The position numbers were made by a program, and so were the translations under genes. Below are positions 1-11,151 of a DNA stretch of 64,000 nt, piece after piece (positions within the stretch are counted from its first letter, which is position 1; each line of letters opens with the position of its first letter). Source of the DNA: Caecitellus pseudoparvulus. Its lineage: Eukaryota > Protista > Bigyra: Bicosoecida. The stretch is taken from assembly GCA_965644315.1 (NCBI GenBank), contig CBFFRQ010000066.1, positions 310,001 to 374,000 on the forward strand. The letters run 5' to 3'. The notes beneath the pieces are model-generated. The model made no database searches, had not been told where the DNA came from, and saw only the letters and a program-made list of their open reading frames with translations.

Positions 1-3000
1 CCAGCTCACACCCACCAGCCCCGCAGCTCGCGAGGCGGCCAGCAAGCAAGGCAAGTTCACCGTGCCAGCGGCGGCACCGGATGAGGCGCCATCACTTCCG
101 TGCAACAAAGCCGTCAAGCGGGGGTGCATGGCGGTGCAGCCGGCAGCGCTGGGGTGCAGCACACCGGGAAACGCACTGCAAGCAGCCGGCAGGGTTGCAC
201 TGCCGGGCTTCTGGCCTTGGCCTTGGTGCAGGCGGGGAGCTGTGGTGAGGAAGGCATCCTTGCCACCCCGGCGGGCCAGGCTGGAGCTACTCTGAGCTGC
301 TGCGCTGTTCACCAACCGGGAGCTGCGGCCAAGCTCTGCCAAGCCAAAGAATGCGCCTCCATGCAACCTTGCCTGGGAGCAAAGCGCGCCCAGGTTCAGC
401 GTGGTGCCACTGCCATGCCATAGGCTCTGGAGCATGGCCAGCGACAGAGACGTACGGAGTCCGGCCAGCCGGCGCACCTGGCTTGTCGCCACTTGCTGCA
501 GTTGCCGCATTTCGGCTGGCTTGCATCCATTGCGACTGAGTTCCAGAAATTTGTTGGACAGGCTGGCCTGGCGCTCCTCCAGCACCTGCACGAGGGCCGA
601 CACATGGGCAATGGCCGCCGAGGTGGAGGTGAGCAGCAGCTGATTCCACAGACTGGGTGCGCCCACACCCTGCACGCTGGCTTGGGTGGCCTGGGCAATG
701 TCGAGCGGCGCGTCGAAGGGGGTGCCAAACAGTGCCACACGTGCATCCACCAAGCACCTCCACTCGTTCGCCAGGTGCCCTGCCTTGCCCTGCTGCACCA
801 ACGCCGCGGCGGCACTGCGAGCACAGGCCAGCAGGTCCTCCTGCAGGGGCTGTGGCAGGGCGGGTAGAGGCGAAGGGGAAGGCCCGAACGCGGGCGATCC
901 GGCGCTCCAAGACACAAGGGGCGGCAGAAGAGGAGCTGTAGCAAGTATGAGCGGCGAGACGGGTTGGTGCAAGTGCTCAGCAGCATCGCGAAGGAGGGGC
1001 AGCAGGAGGAGCGGATCAGGAACCTGCGGTGGGTCAGCGATGAGAATGGACGTGGGCATGGCGGGGTCGGGTCCCAGCGTGCCACGCAGGAGGGAGACAG
1101 CCCCCTCTTCAGCTCCCACACGGGGGCTGGTGCTGGGCGCCGCTCCACGCCGCAGTGCCGGCCGCATGGCCGCTTCGTCGTCGTACTTGCGCACGAGGGC
1201 GGCCTGGGCGGCGGCGGCAGCTGCCAGCGCAGAGACCGCGCGGGAGACCTCACCAGCAAGGGGGGACAGAGTGTGCCCCTCCACCCACGCAGCACCCATG
1301 GCATACTGTGTTTCCAGCCGGTCGGCGGCCCACGCCCGCATGATGGCCCACGCCACGTCATCCAGTCCAACCCACAGCGGAGTAGCGCCAGCTTTGCCCC
1401 CTCCCACGCTGCACGCGGCAGCCTGAAATGCCTCAGCGGCGGCCCGAACATCGGGATCTTTCACTGATGCGTGCACTGATGGCGTGCCATCGTCGCCTGA
1501 TTCATCCCGGCCGTGGTGCGCCGTGTACGTTAGGGCCTGCAGTCGCTCCTGCAGCCGCTGGGAGATGGTGCCGCCCTTGCCGTGGGTAGCGCCTGCCAGC
1601 ACCTGACACAGGGGCTCCGTCACTGCAAGCACAGCAGCCAGCGGCACCTTCGCATCGGCGCCCGACGCGGAGTAAGCGCCAAGGGCCACCTCCACTGCCG
1701 CAGGCACGTACGAGGCGGAGTCCATGCCGGGTGGTGCAGTGGCTTCCTGGGCTGCGCTGGCGACAGCATTGCCTGGCACCGCCTGGACATCCCCCGGTGG
1801 CATGCAGTTCCCCTGCCACATGCCCGGCGCAGGGAACAGGGGGTGGTACGTTTCCAGCCCCGAGCCCTTCAAGTGCACCCGAAAGGCCCCCACACTGCTG
1901 GCCCCTTTGGGGGGGTGCGGTAGCGGCGTCGCAGCACCGGGCGGGAGCCGGTCAATGCCCACACTCTGAGACCGCGACCCTGAAGTCTCAGCAAGGCCTG
2001 TCCGCAGGCTTATCGGCTCCTGTTCTGTGGTGCTCCGGCTGCGAGCGTGCCTGCGCCGCACTGAAGAGGCGGGGGACGAGGCGGCCGACGCTCCCTTGGC
2101 TCGGGGCGAAGCCCGTGCCGCTGGTGTGCGCTCATCGAAGCTGGCACCGGAGTCGCTGTCAGAGTCACCCTCCAGGCCTGTAACCGAGGCAGATGCATGC
2201 CTGAAGGTGGTGGGAGTTGCCGCAGGGGGACCGCTTGTCGACCGTGGAGACACCGCACGGGCAAAAGTCAGTCCATGCCCCGACATACCTGCTACAAGGG
2301 CTTGAGCGTGCGTGTGCAGCAGCAGGAGCAGCTGGGTGTAGAAGGCCAGTGCGTCGTCGCACGCCAGCTCACGCTGCAACTCCCACTCCTTGTCGGCCGG
2401 CGTGAGGGCTGGAAGGGGAGCGCCGTCGCTGCCGATGCCGCCCCCGCAAGACTGCGTGTCACTCTTGGTACCCTGTGCGCCAGCGCCGCCCACAGAGGAA
2501 TCCCGGCCAGTGCCACCAGCGGCCGTGGCAGCAGTGGCAGTGTCCAGGGACGGCACAGCCCTGGGTCGATGGGGGACCGTGTGGCTGGCGCCACCTCCCT
2601 CTCGCCACCAGGGGGATGCTTGCACTGCCCAGGTGGCAAGGGCCGTGTCCGCCGCCTCGCGCGCGAGGGGGGGCAAGGCATCCAACGTGAGGCCGCTCAC
2701 AGCACCAGCGCCACTGTCGCCCTCTGCTCCATTTTTGTCTTTCTTTGAGCCCACGGCCCCCGCGCGGGCCTGAGCGTCCAGCCGCCGGTCATCCAAGTGG
2801 AGCAGGTCGCTGTGTCCCCGCAGCGCTGCACGGAGCAGGGAGTGGGGCAGTGCATCCCCCACCTGGTGTCCACCCCGCAAGGCAGGGTGGAAGTCGGTGG
2901 GCGTCCGCACGAAAGCGCCTACACTCAGGGCTGAGGCGTACGCAGCCGTGCCCCAGGCCCGTCGCCAAGCGTCCCACCTTGCGCCAGGGGACTCCCGCCG

Positions 3001-6000
3001 CCGCGCGTAGGTCTTGGCAGGGCCGCCAGCGGATGAACCTGATGTCGGCCCTGCCGCACCACCTGACAGCCCCTGAGCCGGCAGGGACTTGCCCAGGACG
3101 CCAGACCAGACGCCAGTGAGAGCAAGGTCGGCCAGGTGGCCTCGTCCAGCCTCCGCCTCCCAACCAGACAAACCCGGCTTGCCTATGGTGCTGTCGGGGG
3201 CTCCATGTGCCCACCTCATGGCCTGCATGTCCTCCACTGTCCCGCCACGGCAGGAGAAGGCTTCTGAGGAACCTGGCACTGGTACGACGGGGATGCCGCA
3301 AAAGATGCAGAACATGGTCAGGCGCCGGTGGTGGGGGGCGTGCCGTCGCAGGGAGCGGAAGAACTGGTGCTCCAGACACCCCGCCAACTCTCCGCCCACG
3401 CCCTGCTGGAACCACCAATGCACAAAAGTTGGCAGGGAAGAGGCCACTTTGCCTGTCACCGCCTGCGCTTGAGTGGCGCTTGGAGCGCTTTGGAACGAGC
3501 GGAGGCGGCCCAACGCACAATGCAATGTGCCTGTTGTGCCCGCACCCCCTCCTGCATCACCTTCAAAGTACCAGGGCACGGCGACTGGGGAGGTCTGGCT
3601 GTCTGCCATGTGGCCCGTGAGGCAAGAGGGGGGCGGCGTCGCACCCCCCTGGAGCGGCTGTTGGGGGGGGCTCCGAGCCCACACCTCCAAGATGCCGGCC
3701 GCGACAGCAGCGGTGTCGGCAAGGGATAACAGGGGTAGCTCCAGGGTCGACGTGGGTGCTGTGTGGGCCCATGCACTGGGCCTGGCGTTGCGCAGCACCG
3801 CAGTTGGGACCGCCCCTCCCTCCCGCGTCGCAGGCAACAACAGGTGCGCCGCGGCGGCAGCAGCTGCTGCTGGGTTCATGGCCAACATCGTCACCTTGTC
3901 AGCCACCTGCTGCCCCATGTCCAGCGCATTGGTGAGTGCTATGAGGAAGGCCAGCGGGGCGCGTGCCTGCAGGGGAGCTGCCTCGAAGCAGCAGCGCACG
4001 TTAACGTACATGGCTGGGTACAGCTCTGAAGGGAGGGCACGGGAAGTGCTGCGACTGAGGGGGCCCCCTTGCCCGGACTGCCGGGTCTGTGGCCCTGCAA
4101 TTGCGCCCTCTGAAACGACTTGCCACGCCCGCCCCAGCGCAGCCTGTGTCACCACGTGTGCCGCCGCGTCCGCTGCTGGCCTCACGCCCGCTGCGGGGGG
4201 CAGGGTGTCCCCTGCGCTGGCTGGGATGGCCACCATCTGCGCCAACAAGCGGCCTTCAGACTCATTTGCACCTGCTCCACCCGTCGTGGACACGTACGCT
4301 GCCGAAGCCGGCGGTGGCAGCATCCGTAGGCCGCCAAACACACGCTCCCTGCCCCGCCACACAGGACGCAAGGCAGGCGCCGTGCCATGGGGCAGCAACA
4401 AATGCAGACGCACGAAGCGTTGGATGCGCACGGCACTGACACGGCGCATGATGGCTTGAATGCGCTCAGCCGTGGTGGGAGCGTGGTGCAGGGCACGGGT
4501 GCTCCAGGTGCAACCTGTCGCAGTGGCGGGCCCACCTCCCCACTGGCGCTCCAGCGGTACTTGGAGCAGCTGCAAAGCCATCTGGCTGTCCAAGGGCGCG
4601 GCGGACCCTGCCCTGGGCGTGCCTCCCAACACCAGGTCTAGTATGGCTGCGAGGGCGGATGGGTCGCCTCTGATGGAATCTACACTAAGACTCTTTCCTG
4701 AGGGTTGCCCTGCTAGCCAGGGCAGGAGAGCTTGGCCGGCTACTGCAGCCTCCCGAAAGGCAGCCACGCGTGCTGTACCTGCCCATGGACTGGCCCGAGG
4801 CGAGAGGCGCAGACTGGAGGTGGTGCGGTGGCGGCCTTTGGACGTAGGGGAGCGCAGCCCCCCCCCGCCCATTTCCACCAGTTCTACCCCATCCCCACGC
4901 ATGTTGGTCAACCCCGCATCCCCACTGCAGAGGGTATCCGTGAAGAACACGACTGAGGAAGCTAGCCATTGAGGCAAGTGCAGCAAAAGCCACGCTGGCG
5001 TCCCTGCGGGCGCTCTCGCAGCCACTCGCACAATTGCTGCAAGGGACTGCCCCCTGCGCAGGCGGGGACCTGTCACGGCCGAGCCCTCCGTTGCTAGCAG
5101 GCGTTCGTACACGTCCATGAGCGCGTCGGAGGTTGCTGTGGAGCTGCCTGGCTCTGGCCTGGAGGTGGGGGATCCCCTTGGCGGCACGAGGTGCTCGCCT
5201 CCCATGCTGGCCACCACTGCCGTGGCGGAGAGGGTGGCTCGTGCTTGCTTCTGCCGCAAGAAGGAAGCTGCCTCACTGGAAGCCTCCCTGCGCAGGAGAC
5301 CCTCCAGCGTCTCACACTCGCGCTCCACACCCTGCACCCACCCTGACGTGGCACGCAAGATGGTGGCCGGCACGTGGCCAGTTTGATCCCCGTCCCCAGA
5401 TTCACTCCACAAGCGTGTCACTTCTGAAGAGGCCAGTCGCTGGCACAGCGCCTCCAGTCCCACCTCGCCACCGCCCTCCCGCCCAGCACTGCGCGCTGCC
5501 AGAAGCGTGAGCAGATACGCCCGGTATGCTGGCAGGACGCGCAGACCATCCCGCAGGCGAATGACGTCATCGTCCCCCACCACGCCGCCTGCCCGCGGCA
5601 CCTGCCCCCCTGAGTCTGCCCCCGGTGCAGGGGTTGTGGTGAGCCCCTTCGCTGCGGCAGCTGCACCAGCCAGCTCGCGCAGTGCAGTGGCCTGGGCGCC
5701 AAGGGAGTGCACTGTGAGGATGCTGCTGCCCCCCAGCTCCTCCAACAAGCTGAACCATGAGTTGGGAGCAGCAGTGCCCACGACAGTGGACGCGAGGGGG
5801 TCCAGCGCTGCACGAAGCTCGGACCGAACAGCAGCTTGCGCTGCTGCCACCTGCAGCTGCTGTGTCAGGGGCAGAGTCTGCACCCACGGCCCTAGGTCCT
5901 CACTGAGCATGCGGTAGCGCGAGTTCAAGGCGTGGGCCAGGGATGCCGATGCAGTGGCGAGAACAACTTGCCGCACACCAGCCCGATGGGCAGACTCCCT

Positions 6001-9000
6001 TGCCGCAGCTGCCGCGGCAAGGATGGCCCTGCTGGTGCCTGCCGATGAGCTGGGCGGGGACATTGCAATGCCTCGAGAGGGGGACGGGGTGGAAACGGGC
6101 GCCTGTTCAGCGCCGCCCAGCACAACTGGTGGCGGGGGCAACTCCGCAGCTAGGCTCAGCAGCCCGTGGTGCGTGTAAGGGGACAGGAGCAAAGAACGTC
6201 GGAACACCTGCTGACTTTCGGCAGCTGCCATGAGGGCAGGGTAGGTGACTGCGCCGCCGCCCAAGACCAGGGCGTCTCTGTACACCGCTGCAACGTCCGC
6301 GGACGGCAGCCAGGGAGCGATGGCCCGCAGCATGATGGCCACCTGGGCCACGTCCACAGTCAGCTGGATGACGCCTTGCTGGCCGTCTTCGCCTGCCTCT
6401 TGGATCTGATGCACCGGCTGCAGGTCGCTGCGCACACGCCAAAGACGGGAGTCGCGCAGGGACGCTGGCGTCTCCAAGTGCCCGTTCGCGTGGCTGGTGC
6501 CAGGGGCACTGCTCGGGGTCCGGGGCGCCACTGTCGCAGGCACGCCTGTCAAGGCTTCCGTGTCGCCGAGCGTGGTCTTGCCGCCCTGCGTGCCGCCCTC
6601 CTTCTGAGCCAGCTGGCTGCGGGCGGCTGCCACAGTGTGCATGACGGCTGTGTCGTACAACACGCGCATGAGGGCCGCTCGGTGCGCCTGTTCCTCCCTG
6701 TACTCGCGACTCCATATGGCAAGCAGGCTGAAGAGATCAATGCAGGGCAGGGGCTGGGCAGCGAAGGACTTTTGCGCCCGGGTACCGTCCCGCTCAGCCG
6801 CTGCTGCCGCAGCGGCGTGCGGCGCTACTGTGTCGGGCGTGTCCCCCAGGACGCCGATGCCCGCGGCAGGGCCGTAGCGTGTGCGGGCAGCCAGATCTGC
6901 TGCACCCATGTGCTGGCGCAGCCACTCCAGCCGCCTGCCTGTGGCAGGGACACAACCCGACACCACGCGGCCGACAATGCGCCGCCGCTCTGCCGCAGGC
7001 AAGCGCACGAACAGGCGCCGTGTGGCGTCCACGGCTGGCTGCTGCCACAGCCAGATGTTGCATGGGACCAAATCGGCAGCTGTGGCTGTGGCAGAGGCAA
7101 GGAGGTGGGCGCTGTCTGACTCCTGCACCGCTGACTGTTCGGCGGAAGGGGGCCCCGCCGCCGCCGCTGTCCCGGGCTTCTTCCCCTTGAAGTCCCGCTG
7201 GCGCAGGATGCGGGAACGCGCCATGAAGCGGGCCACACGCTGCATGGACGGGCGCTGCACGAACAATGCCTGCCGCTGCCTTTCGCTGGGCCCATCTGCG
7301 AAGCCGCGGGCCGCACCGCCAGTGCCTGCCGCCGCCCGCGCATTGCTGAGCACTGCGTGTTCCTCATCGACTGTGCTGCCGACGCCGGAGTACCCCCCTT
7401 CGGCCGTGGCAGCTAACCAGATGGGCAAGGGTGTGTGCGCGGGGGACGTGGAGTGCGGGTCAGGTCCCCAGTGCAGCGCCCCCCGCGGCAGGCACGCCAC
7501 GGTGACATCCAAAGCATGCAGCGCAAAAGCCATGTCATCGCCACCGTGCCGCTCGTCCAGCCAATTCAGCATGAGCTGCGCCTCCACACTGCCTTGCACG
7601 CCTGGCGTGGCGCCGCTGCTGGTGCTGCTGTGCTTCGGCTCGAAGGCCTTGCGAGCGGCCAACTCTCGTAGTCCATAGAACCATGCCCACCGCAGATCAT
7701 CGTCGGTCACCGGCAAGCCATCCTGCGTGCGCAAGGTGTCAATCAGTGCCCACACGTCATGGAATGCGAGAACAGGTGTGTCGTCCTCTGCTGCCACTGC
7801 GTCTGTGGCGCTTGCCGCGCCAGTCTCGCTGGCACCAGCCCGTGCCCCGCCGCCACCAGATTCACCACTTTGCGTGCCTTGGCCGTGCCGTGCTGAGCGC
7901 GGGGGCGTCGCACCCGACATGGCAACCTCCGCTGCAGATTTAGCTACAGTCGCAGGATGTGACAGTGTCGCTGGTAGGTGCACTGCGTCCGAGTAACGTC
8001 CGCTAGTGCCGGTAGCTTGCAGCGCAGAGGCAAGCAGGGGGCTTTGTCGCGCTGCAGCGCTCCGCGCGTGTGGAGCAACTCCCACCTCGCTTGACGGTGC
8101 TGCTAGCACTGCGGCTGCCACTCCACTTTCCCAGGCGGCACTGGCCAAGGCTGTGACGCTGGGGGCTGCGTGGGAAGTGGGGGCTGGCTCCGCCCTCACA
8201 GACGGTGGGAGCAGCAGTCCAGCGGCAAGCACGTCTGAGCGAGCAGCCCCAGTGTCAAACCACGCCCAAGCGAACTCCGGGAACCTAGTGAATGGCCGCC
8301 CGCTCTTTGCTGCGGCAGCGTCTTCAGCGCGCTTTGCGATGAGCATGGCTCGGGACACCCACCGCACCCATGCAGCTGACATGCGCAGAGGCGGGCGTGG
8401 TCTGCCGAACAGCCCTGGCAACAGGGATCGGAAGAAAAGGCAAGGGATGGCGGGCGTTGCCTTTGCCTCCCGCATGACAGCTTGCATGTGCGTGTGGACA
8501 GCGGCGTCGACAGTGTCAGCGTCGGGCAGCTCCAGTCGCTCCCGCATGCTCCGCTCTGTGCCCCGAAGGCGCGCGAGCTCGTGCACTGGCTCGCAGTCCT
8601 CCTGACCCACTGACTCAGCAGAAGTGGATACCTGTACGTCTTCAGCGTGGGGGCCCGCTCTCGGTGCGTGGCGGGGAACTGCAACTGTGGCGAGCGTGCC
8701 ACCACCCAGCCCAGCGTGTACGGGCTGCAAGCCTTTCTCCAACGCACGCGCTTCGCCCGCTACATGCACTTCCTGATCAGCTTTCTGTTCGTGCTGCTCA
8801 ATGTACTGCGTGAGTAGCTCGCCCTGCTGAGCTGCTTGCTGCTTCAGCGCAGCGTTCTCTGACAGGGCTGCCCGCAGCTGGGCTGCCATGTCGTCCACTT
8901 TCTCACGAGGCATGGCTCCTTCCAGCTCAGCCTCTGCGTCAGCCTTGTCGCGTTCAGCAGCCTCCAAAGCTTGCTTCAAGCTGGTGACCTCGGACTGCAA

Positions 9001-10410
9001 CGCTTCACACTGCAGTCTCATTCCTTCCAAGACGCCTGCTTCCTGCCGAATGTGACTCGGGGTTGCCGTTACTGCCTCACTCCTCGCCGGTAGCGGTGCG
9101 AGGCGGGCTTGTCTAGACGTCTCTAGGGCCTTGATTTGAGCTCGAGTCTCTGCCATCGCGGCCTCCGCTCTCTGAGATGCTGCGTGGGCACTTGCCGTCT
9201 CCTTCCGAGCCGCGCTGAGCGCGCCCTGCAGCTGGCTCAGCGAGTGTGTAAAGTCCGCCATGGCCCGGTCAGTGTCCCCTTCCACACATTCATAAGCTTG
9301 AAGGATGCAGTCCACTACCATGGCATGCTGGCGCTGACCAACTGACAACTGCTCGCGCAACTGCTGCAGGGCCACCTTACTCAGTGCTGAGCGCAGGCGG
9401 GCAGCGGTCCACCCACGCAATGCACGCTCTGCACGAGGACCCGTGGTTCGGATAGCACTCAGCATGTCAGCAAGGGCAGGTGCCTGCTTCCACTCTGACC
9501 AGGCCTCCTCATGTACGCCGGAGATGATGCCGGCAAAGAACCGGTCAACGTGCGGCAGGGGCGAGTGCGGCGCCCCTGCAGCGCTGGTGACGCGTGCAGT
9601 GAATGATTGCCCAGACACGGGGCCCACATCGCAGCTCTTTCCTTCTTGCTGCACATACGCTTTGGCCAGGGTGTCGGCCACGGCAAGCGTGGCGGCGGTG
9701 CGAGCGTGGAGCGCTTCAGCTGCTCCGCGGGACACACGCTGATCCCCAGCCACAGTGGACCTGCGCGTGGCAGAGGAGCCACCGGTGAGCATGTGCTCAA
9801 TACTAGCAAGGGCGGCTTGCAAGGGAGTGGAGCCCAAAGCTGGGTGCGTCGTTGGGTCGTGCGAGGCGGGCCCAGCTCTGCCGGGTCTTGCGTCCGGGCT
9901 GGCCTTTTGTCGAGGCGGCGACGGCGCACCGCGCAGCGAGCTGCTAATGTCGTGCAGCAGCGCATTTTGGCTCTGATCTAGAGTCTCTGCCCGAGTCTTT
10001 GCGTCGCCGAGGGCCCCACGCTGCCGTCCAGCCTTGGCTGGCGAGGACCTGCTGGGCAGCAGGCGCGGCAGAGCAGCCTGTGCGGCTCTGAGCGGGGACA
10101 GGGCTGCAAATAGGCGTTTGCTTTCTGACACCGCGTCATCCCCACCAGTCACTGGCACTGCTGACCAAGAGCTGACTCCGCCTTCATCACCTGCAACGCC
10201 CAAGTTGGGCGCCGACTCTGATCCTCGCAGGGCTGGCTGGGCGGGCGTTGCTGAGCCAGGCCTGGCAACGGCTGATACTTGCAGTGCAGAAGAAGATGTG
10301 GCGCCTTGGAGGCGAAGGTGATCGGGACCTTGCCTTGTTCGCCCTCTGCGAAGACCGTGGATGCGCTGACCCAAGCTGGTAGCCCCGCTGGGCTGCTGTT
10401 TGTCTGCCAT
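1..10410 (-). CDS. Giant hypothetical protein (at least 3,470 aa, 3' end outside window) with an N-terminal coiled coil
   Basis: ATG at 10410 (MADKQQPSGATS...) follows an in-frame TGA near 10464. The ORF track lists no stop-terminated ORF in this frame below 10410, while both other minus frames are fragmented. Spot translations at 1-60, 2701-2760, 3301-3360, 7201-7740 and 9241-10020 are open. Heptad-rich segment about 8760-9240 (LQCEALQSEVTSLKQALEAAERDKADAEAELEE). Confidence 0.85.
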   Translation of the reverse strand, partial: MADKQQPSGATSLGQRIHGLRRGRTRQGPDHLRLQGATSSSALQVSAVARPGSATPAQPALRGSESAPNLGVAGDEGGVSSWSAVPVTGGDDAVSESKRLFAALSPLRAAQAALPRLLPSRSSPAKAGRQRGALGDAKTRAETLDQSQNALLHDISSSLRGAPSPPRQKASPDARPGRAGPASHDPTTHPALGSTPLQAALASIEHMLTGGSSATRRSTVAGDQRVSRGAAEALHARTAATLAVADTLAKAYVQQEGKSCDVGPVSGQSFTARVTSAAGAPHSPLPHVDRFFAGIISGVHEEAWSEWKQAPALADMLSAIRTTGPRAERALRGWTAARLRSALSKVALQQLREQLSVGQRQHAMVVDCILQAYECVEGDTDRAMADFTHSLSQLQGALSAARKETASAHAASQRAEAAMAETRAQIKALETSRQARLAPLPARSEAVTATPSHIRQEAGVLEGMRLQCEALQSEVTSLKQALEAAERDKADAEAELEGAMPREKVDDMAAQLRAALSENAALKQQAAQQGELLTQYIEQHEQKADQEVHVAGEARALEKGLQPVHAGLGGGTLATVAVPRHAPRAGPHAEDVQVSTSAESVGQEDCEPVHELARLRGTERSMRERLELPDADTVDAAVHTHMQAVMREAKATPAIPCLFFRSLLPGLFGRPRPPLRMSAAWVRWVSRAMLIAKRAEDAAAAKSGRPFTRFPEFAWAWFDTGAARSDVLAAGLLLPPSVRAEPAPTSHAAPSVTALASAAWESGVAAAVLAAPSSEVGVAPHARSAAARQSPLLASALQATGTSGRYSDAVHLPATLSHPATVAKSAAEVAMSGATPPRSARHGQGTQSGESGGGGARAGASETGAASATDAVAAEDDTPVLAFHDVWALIDTLRTQDGLPVTDDDLRWAWFYGLRELAARKAFEPKHSSTSSGATPGVQGSVEAQLMLNWLDERHGGDDMAFALHALDVTVACLPRGALHWGPDPHSTSPAHTPLPIWLAATAEGGYSGVGSTVDEEHAVLSNARAAAGTGGAARGFADGPSERQRQALFVQRPSMQRVARFMARSRILRQRDFKGKKPGTAAAAGPPSAEQSAVQESDSAHLLASATATAADLVPCNIWLWQQPAVDATRRLFVRLPAAERRRIVGRVVSGCVPATGRRLEWLRQHMGAADLAARTRYGPAAGIGVLGDTPDTVAPHAAAAAAAERDGTRAQKSFAAQPLPCIDLFSLLAIWSREYREEQAHRAALMRVLYDTAVMHTVAAARSQLAQKEGGTQGGKTTLGDTEALTGVPATVAPRTPSSAPGTSHANGHLETPASLRDSRLWRVRSDLQPVHQIQEAGEDGQQGVIQLTVDVAQVAIMLRAIAPWLPSADVAAVYRDALVLGGGAVTYPALMAAAESQQVFRRSLLLSPYTHHGLLSLAAELPPPPVVLGGAEQAPVSTPSPSRGIAMSPPSSSAGTSRAILAAAAAARESAHRAGVRQVVLATASASLAHALNSRYRMLSEDLGPWVQTLPLTQQLQVAAAQAAVRSELRAALDPLASTVVGTAAPNSWFSLLEELGGSSILTVHSLGAQATALRELAGAAAAAKGLTTTPAPGADSGGQVPRAGGVVGDDDVIRLRDGLRVLPAYRAYLLTLLAARSAGREGGGEVGLEALCQRLASSEVTRLWSESGDGDQTGHVPATILRATSGWVQGVERECETLEGLLRREASSEAASFLRQKQARATLSATAVVASMGGEHLVPPRGSPTSRPEPGSSTATSDALMDVYERLLATEGSAVTGPRLRRGQSLAAIVRVAARAPAGTPAWLLLHLPQWLASSVVFFTDTLCSGDAGLTNMRGDGVELVEMGGGGLRSPTSKGRHRTTSSLRLSPRASPWAGTARVAAFREAAVAGQALLPWLAGQPSGKSLSVDSIRGDPSALAAILDLVLGGTPRAGSAAPLDSQMALQLLQVPLERQWGGGPATATGCTWSTRALHHAPTTAERIQAIMRRVSAVRIQRFVRLHLLLPHGTAPALRPVWRGRERVFGGLRMLPPPASAAYVSTTGGAGANESEGRLLAQMVAIPASAGDTLPPAAGVRPAADAAAHVVTQAALGRAWQVVSEGAIAGPQTRQSGQGGPLSRSTSRALPSELYPAMYVNVRCCFEAAPLQARAPLAFLIALTNALDMGQQVADKVTMLAMNPAAAAAAAAHLLLPATREGGAVPTAVLRNARPSAWAHTAPTSTLELPLLSLADTAAVAAGILEVWARSPPQQPLQGGATPPPSCLTGHMADSQTSPVAVPWYFEGDAGGGAGTTGTLHCALGRLRSFQSAPSATQAQAVTGKVASSLPTFVHWWFQQGVGGELAGCLEHQFFRSLRRHAPHHRRLTMFCIFCGIPVVPVPGSSEAFSCRGGTVEDMQAMRWAHGAPDSTIGKPGLSGWEAEAGRGHLADLALTGVWSGVLGKSLPAQGLSGGAAGPTSGSSAGGPAKTYARRRESPGARWDAWRRAWGTAAYASALSVGAFVRTPTDFHPALRGGHQVGDALPHSLLRAALRGHSDLLHLDDRRLDAQARAGAVGSKKDKNGAEGDSGAGAVSGLTLDALPPLAREAADTALATWAVQASPWWREGGGASHTVPHRPRAVPSLDTATAATAAGGTGRDSSVGGAGAQGTKSDTQSCGGGIGSDGAPLPALTPADKEWELQRELACDDALAFYTQLLLLLHTHAQALVAGMSGHGLTFARAVSPRSTSGPPAATPTTFRHASASVTGLEGDSDSDSGASFDERTPAARASPRAKGASAASSPASSVRRRHARSRSTTEQEPISLRTGLAETSGSRSQSVGIDRLPPGAATPLPHPPKGASSVGAFRVHLKGSGLETYHPLFPAPGMWQGNCMPPGDVQAVPGNAVASAAQEATAPPGMDSASYVPAAVEVALGAYSASGADAKVPLAAVLAVTEPLCQVLAGATHGKGGTISQRLQERLQALTYTAHHGRDESGDDGTPSVHASVKDPDVRAAAEAFQAAACSVGGGKAGATPLWVGLDDVAWAIMRAWAADRLETQYAMGAAWVEGHTLSPLAGEVSRAVSALAAAAAAQAALVRKYDDEAAMRPALRRGAAPSTSPRVGAEEGAVSLLRGTLGPDPAMPTSILIADPPQVPDPLLLLPLLRDAAEHLHQPVSPLILATAPLLPPLVSWSAGSPAFGPSPSPLPALPQPLQEDLLACARSAAAALVQQGKAGHLANEWRCLVDARVALFGTPFDAPLDIAQATQASVQGVGAPSLWNQLLLTSTSAAIAHVSALVQVLEERQASLSNKFLELSRNGCKPAEMRQLQQVATSQVRRLAGLRTSLSLAMLQSLWHGSGTTLNLGALCSQARLHGGAFFGLAELGRSSRLVNSAAAQSSSSLARRGGKDAFLTTAPRLHQGQGQKPGSATLPAACSAFPGVLHPSAAGCTAMHPRLTALLHGSDGASSGAAAGTVNLPCLLAASRAAGLVGVSW

Positions 10411-10494
10411 CGTCGCTCAGCGACGCACAACCTCCGCGGCAGAAAGACGCCTGTCGGAGGCTCAGAAAACGCAGGGAAGCAATGCCGAAGGAGA

Positions 10495-10524
10495 AACAAA
10501 ATTTACTTAGATATTACAATTGTT
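10495..10524. promoter_or_regulatory. AT-rich patch, candidate core promoter in the divergent gene 1 / ABCC intergenic region
   Basis: aacaaaatttacttagatattacaattgtt in otherwise GC-rich DNA, about 85-115 nt upstream of ATG 10410. Confidence 0.35.
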
Positions 10525-11151
10525 CGCGCTTCTCGCTCACTGTGTTCTTGAACAGAGCGCCAACCAGAGGACTAGCTGCCCTGGCCTATTGGAGCTCTTG
10601 GTGGGTGAGGTTGCCCGAGTACGACAGGCCGCATGCGCACCAAGACAGAGGGATCTGAACCTCAAGCACTTGGAGGAGTCGAAGCCTGGTCCAGGAATAG
10701 TGGGAAAAGTGTGGTTTGAAATTCCACGGGCACCTGCGCGGGTGGCTTGGTGTTCGTCCCGGCATGGCTCGCTGGCCATTGGCGCTCGTGAAAGCGCACG
10801 ATGGGGCTCTCAAGCTTACACGGGGCAAGATCACGGGATTCGGGATTCACAGACTCTGTCATCTACGTGCCTGCTTTGCGTATGTGTGTCATGGTATCAC
10901 ATGAGGCCTGTCACGCGGCAGGGCATCAGTTTAGACGTTCAGCAAAAAGGTTGGGAACTCAAACTTGCAAACGCAGCGAAAATCTTCTCGATTCAGCAGG
11001 CAGCCTTTGCAGTGCCCTCGCACGTACAGGTGGGATTCGCGTGGGTTTCCCTGCACGCCTCCCCCCGACTGCTGGTCGGTTGGCGCAACTGGTTGCCAGA
11101 GGCACTGTGCGTCCCAACCCGAACGGCGTTCCCTTCCATCAACTCACCAAA

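Noticed and set aside
62-10499. Dozens of 60-350 aa ORFs on both strands
   Set aside because: Shadows of the single open minus-strand frame.
10700-10800. Short hairpins (gtgg..ccac; gcgct..agcgc) suggesting a tRNA or structured RNA
   Set aside because: No cloverleaf or A/B boxes; such stems are expected by chance at this GC content.
10801-11151. 117-aa N-terminal extension of the ABCC ORF
   Set aside because: No TMD0-like hydrophobicity and it reads like non-coding sequence; ATG 11152 preferred, though the extension is not excluded.
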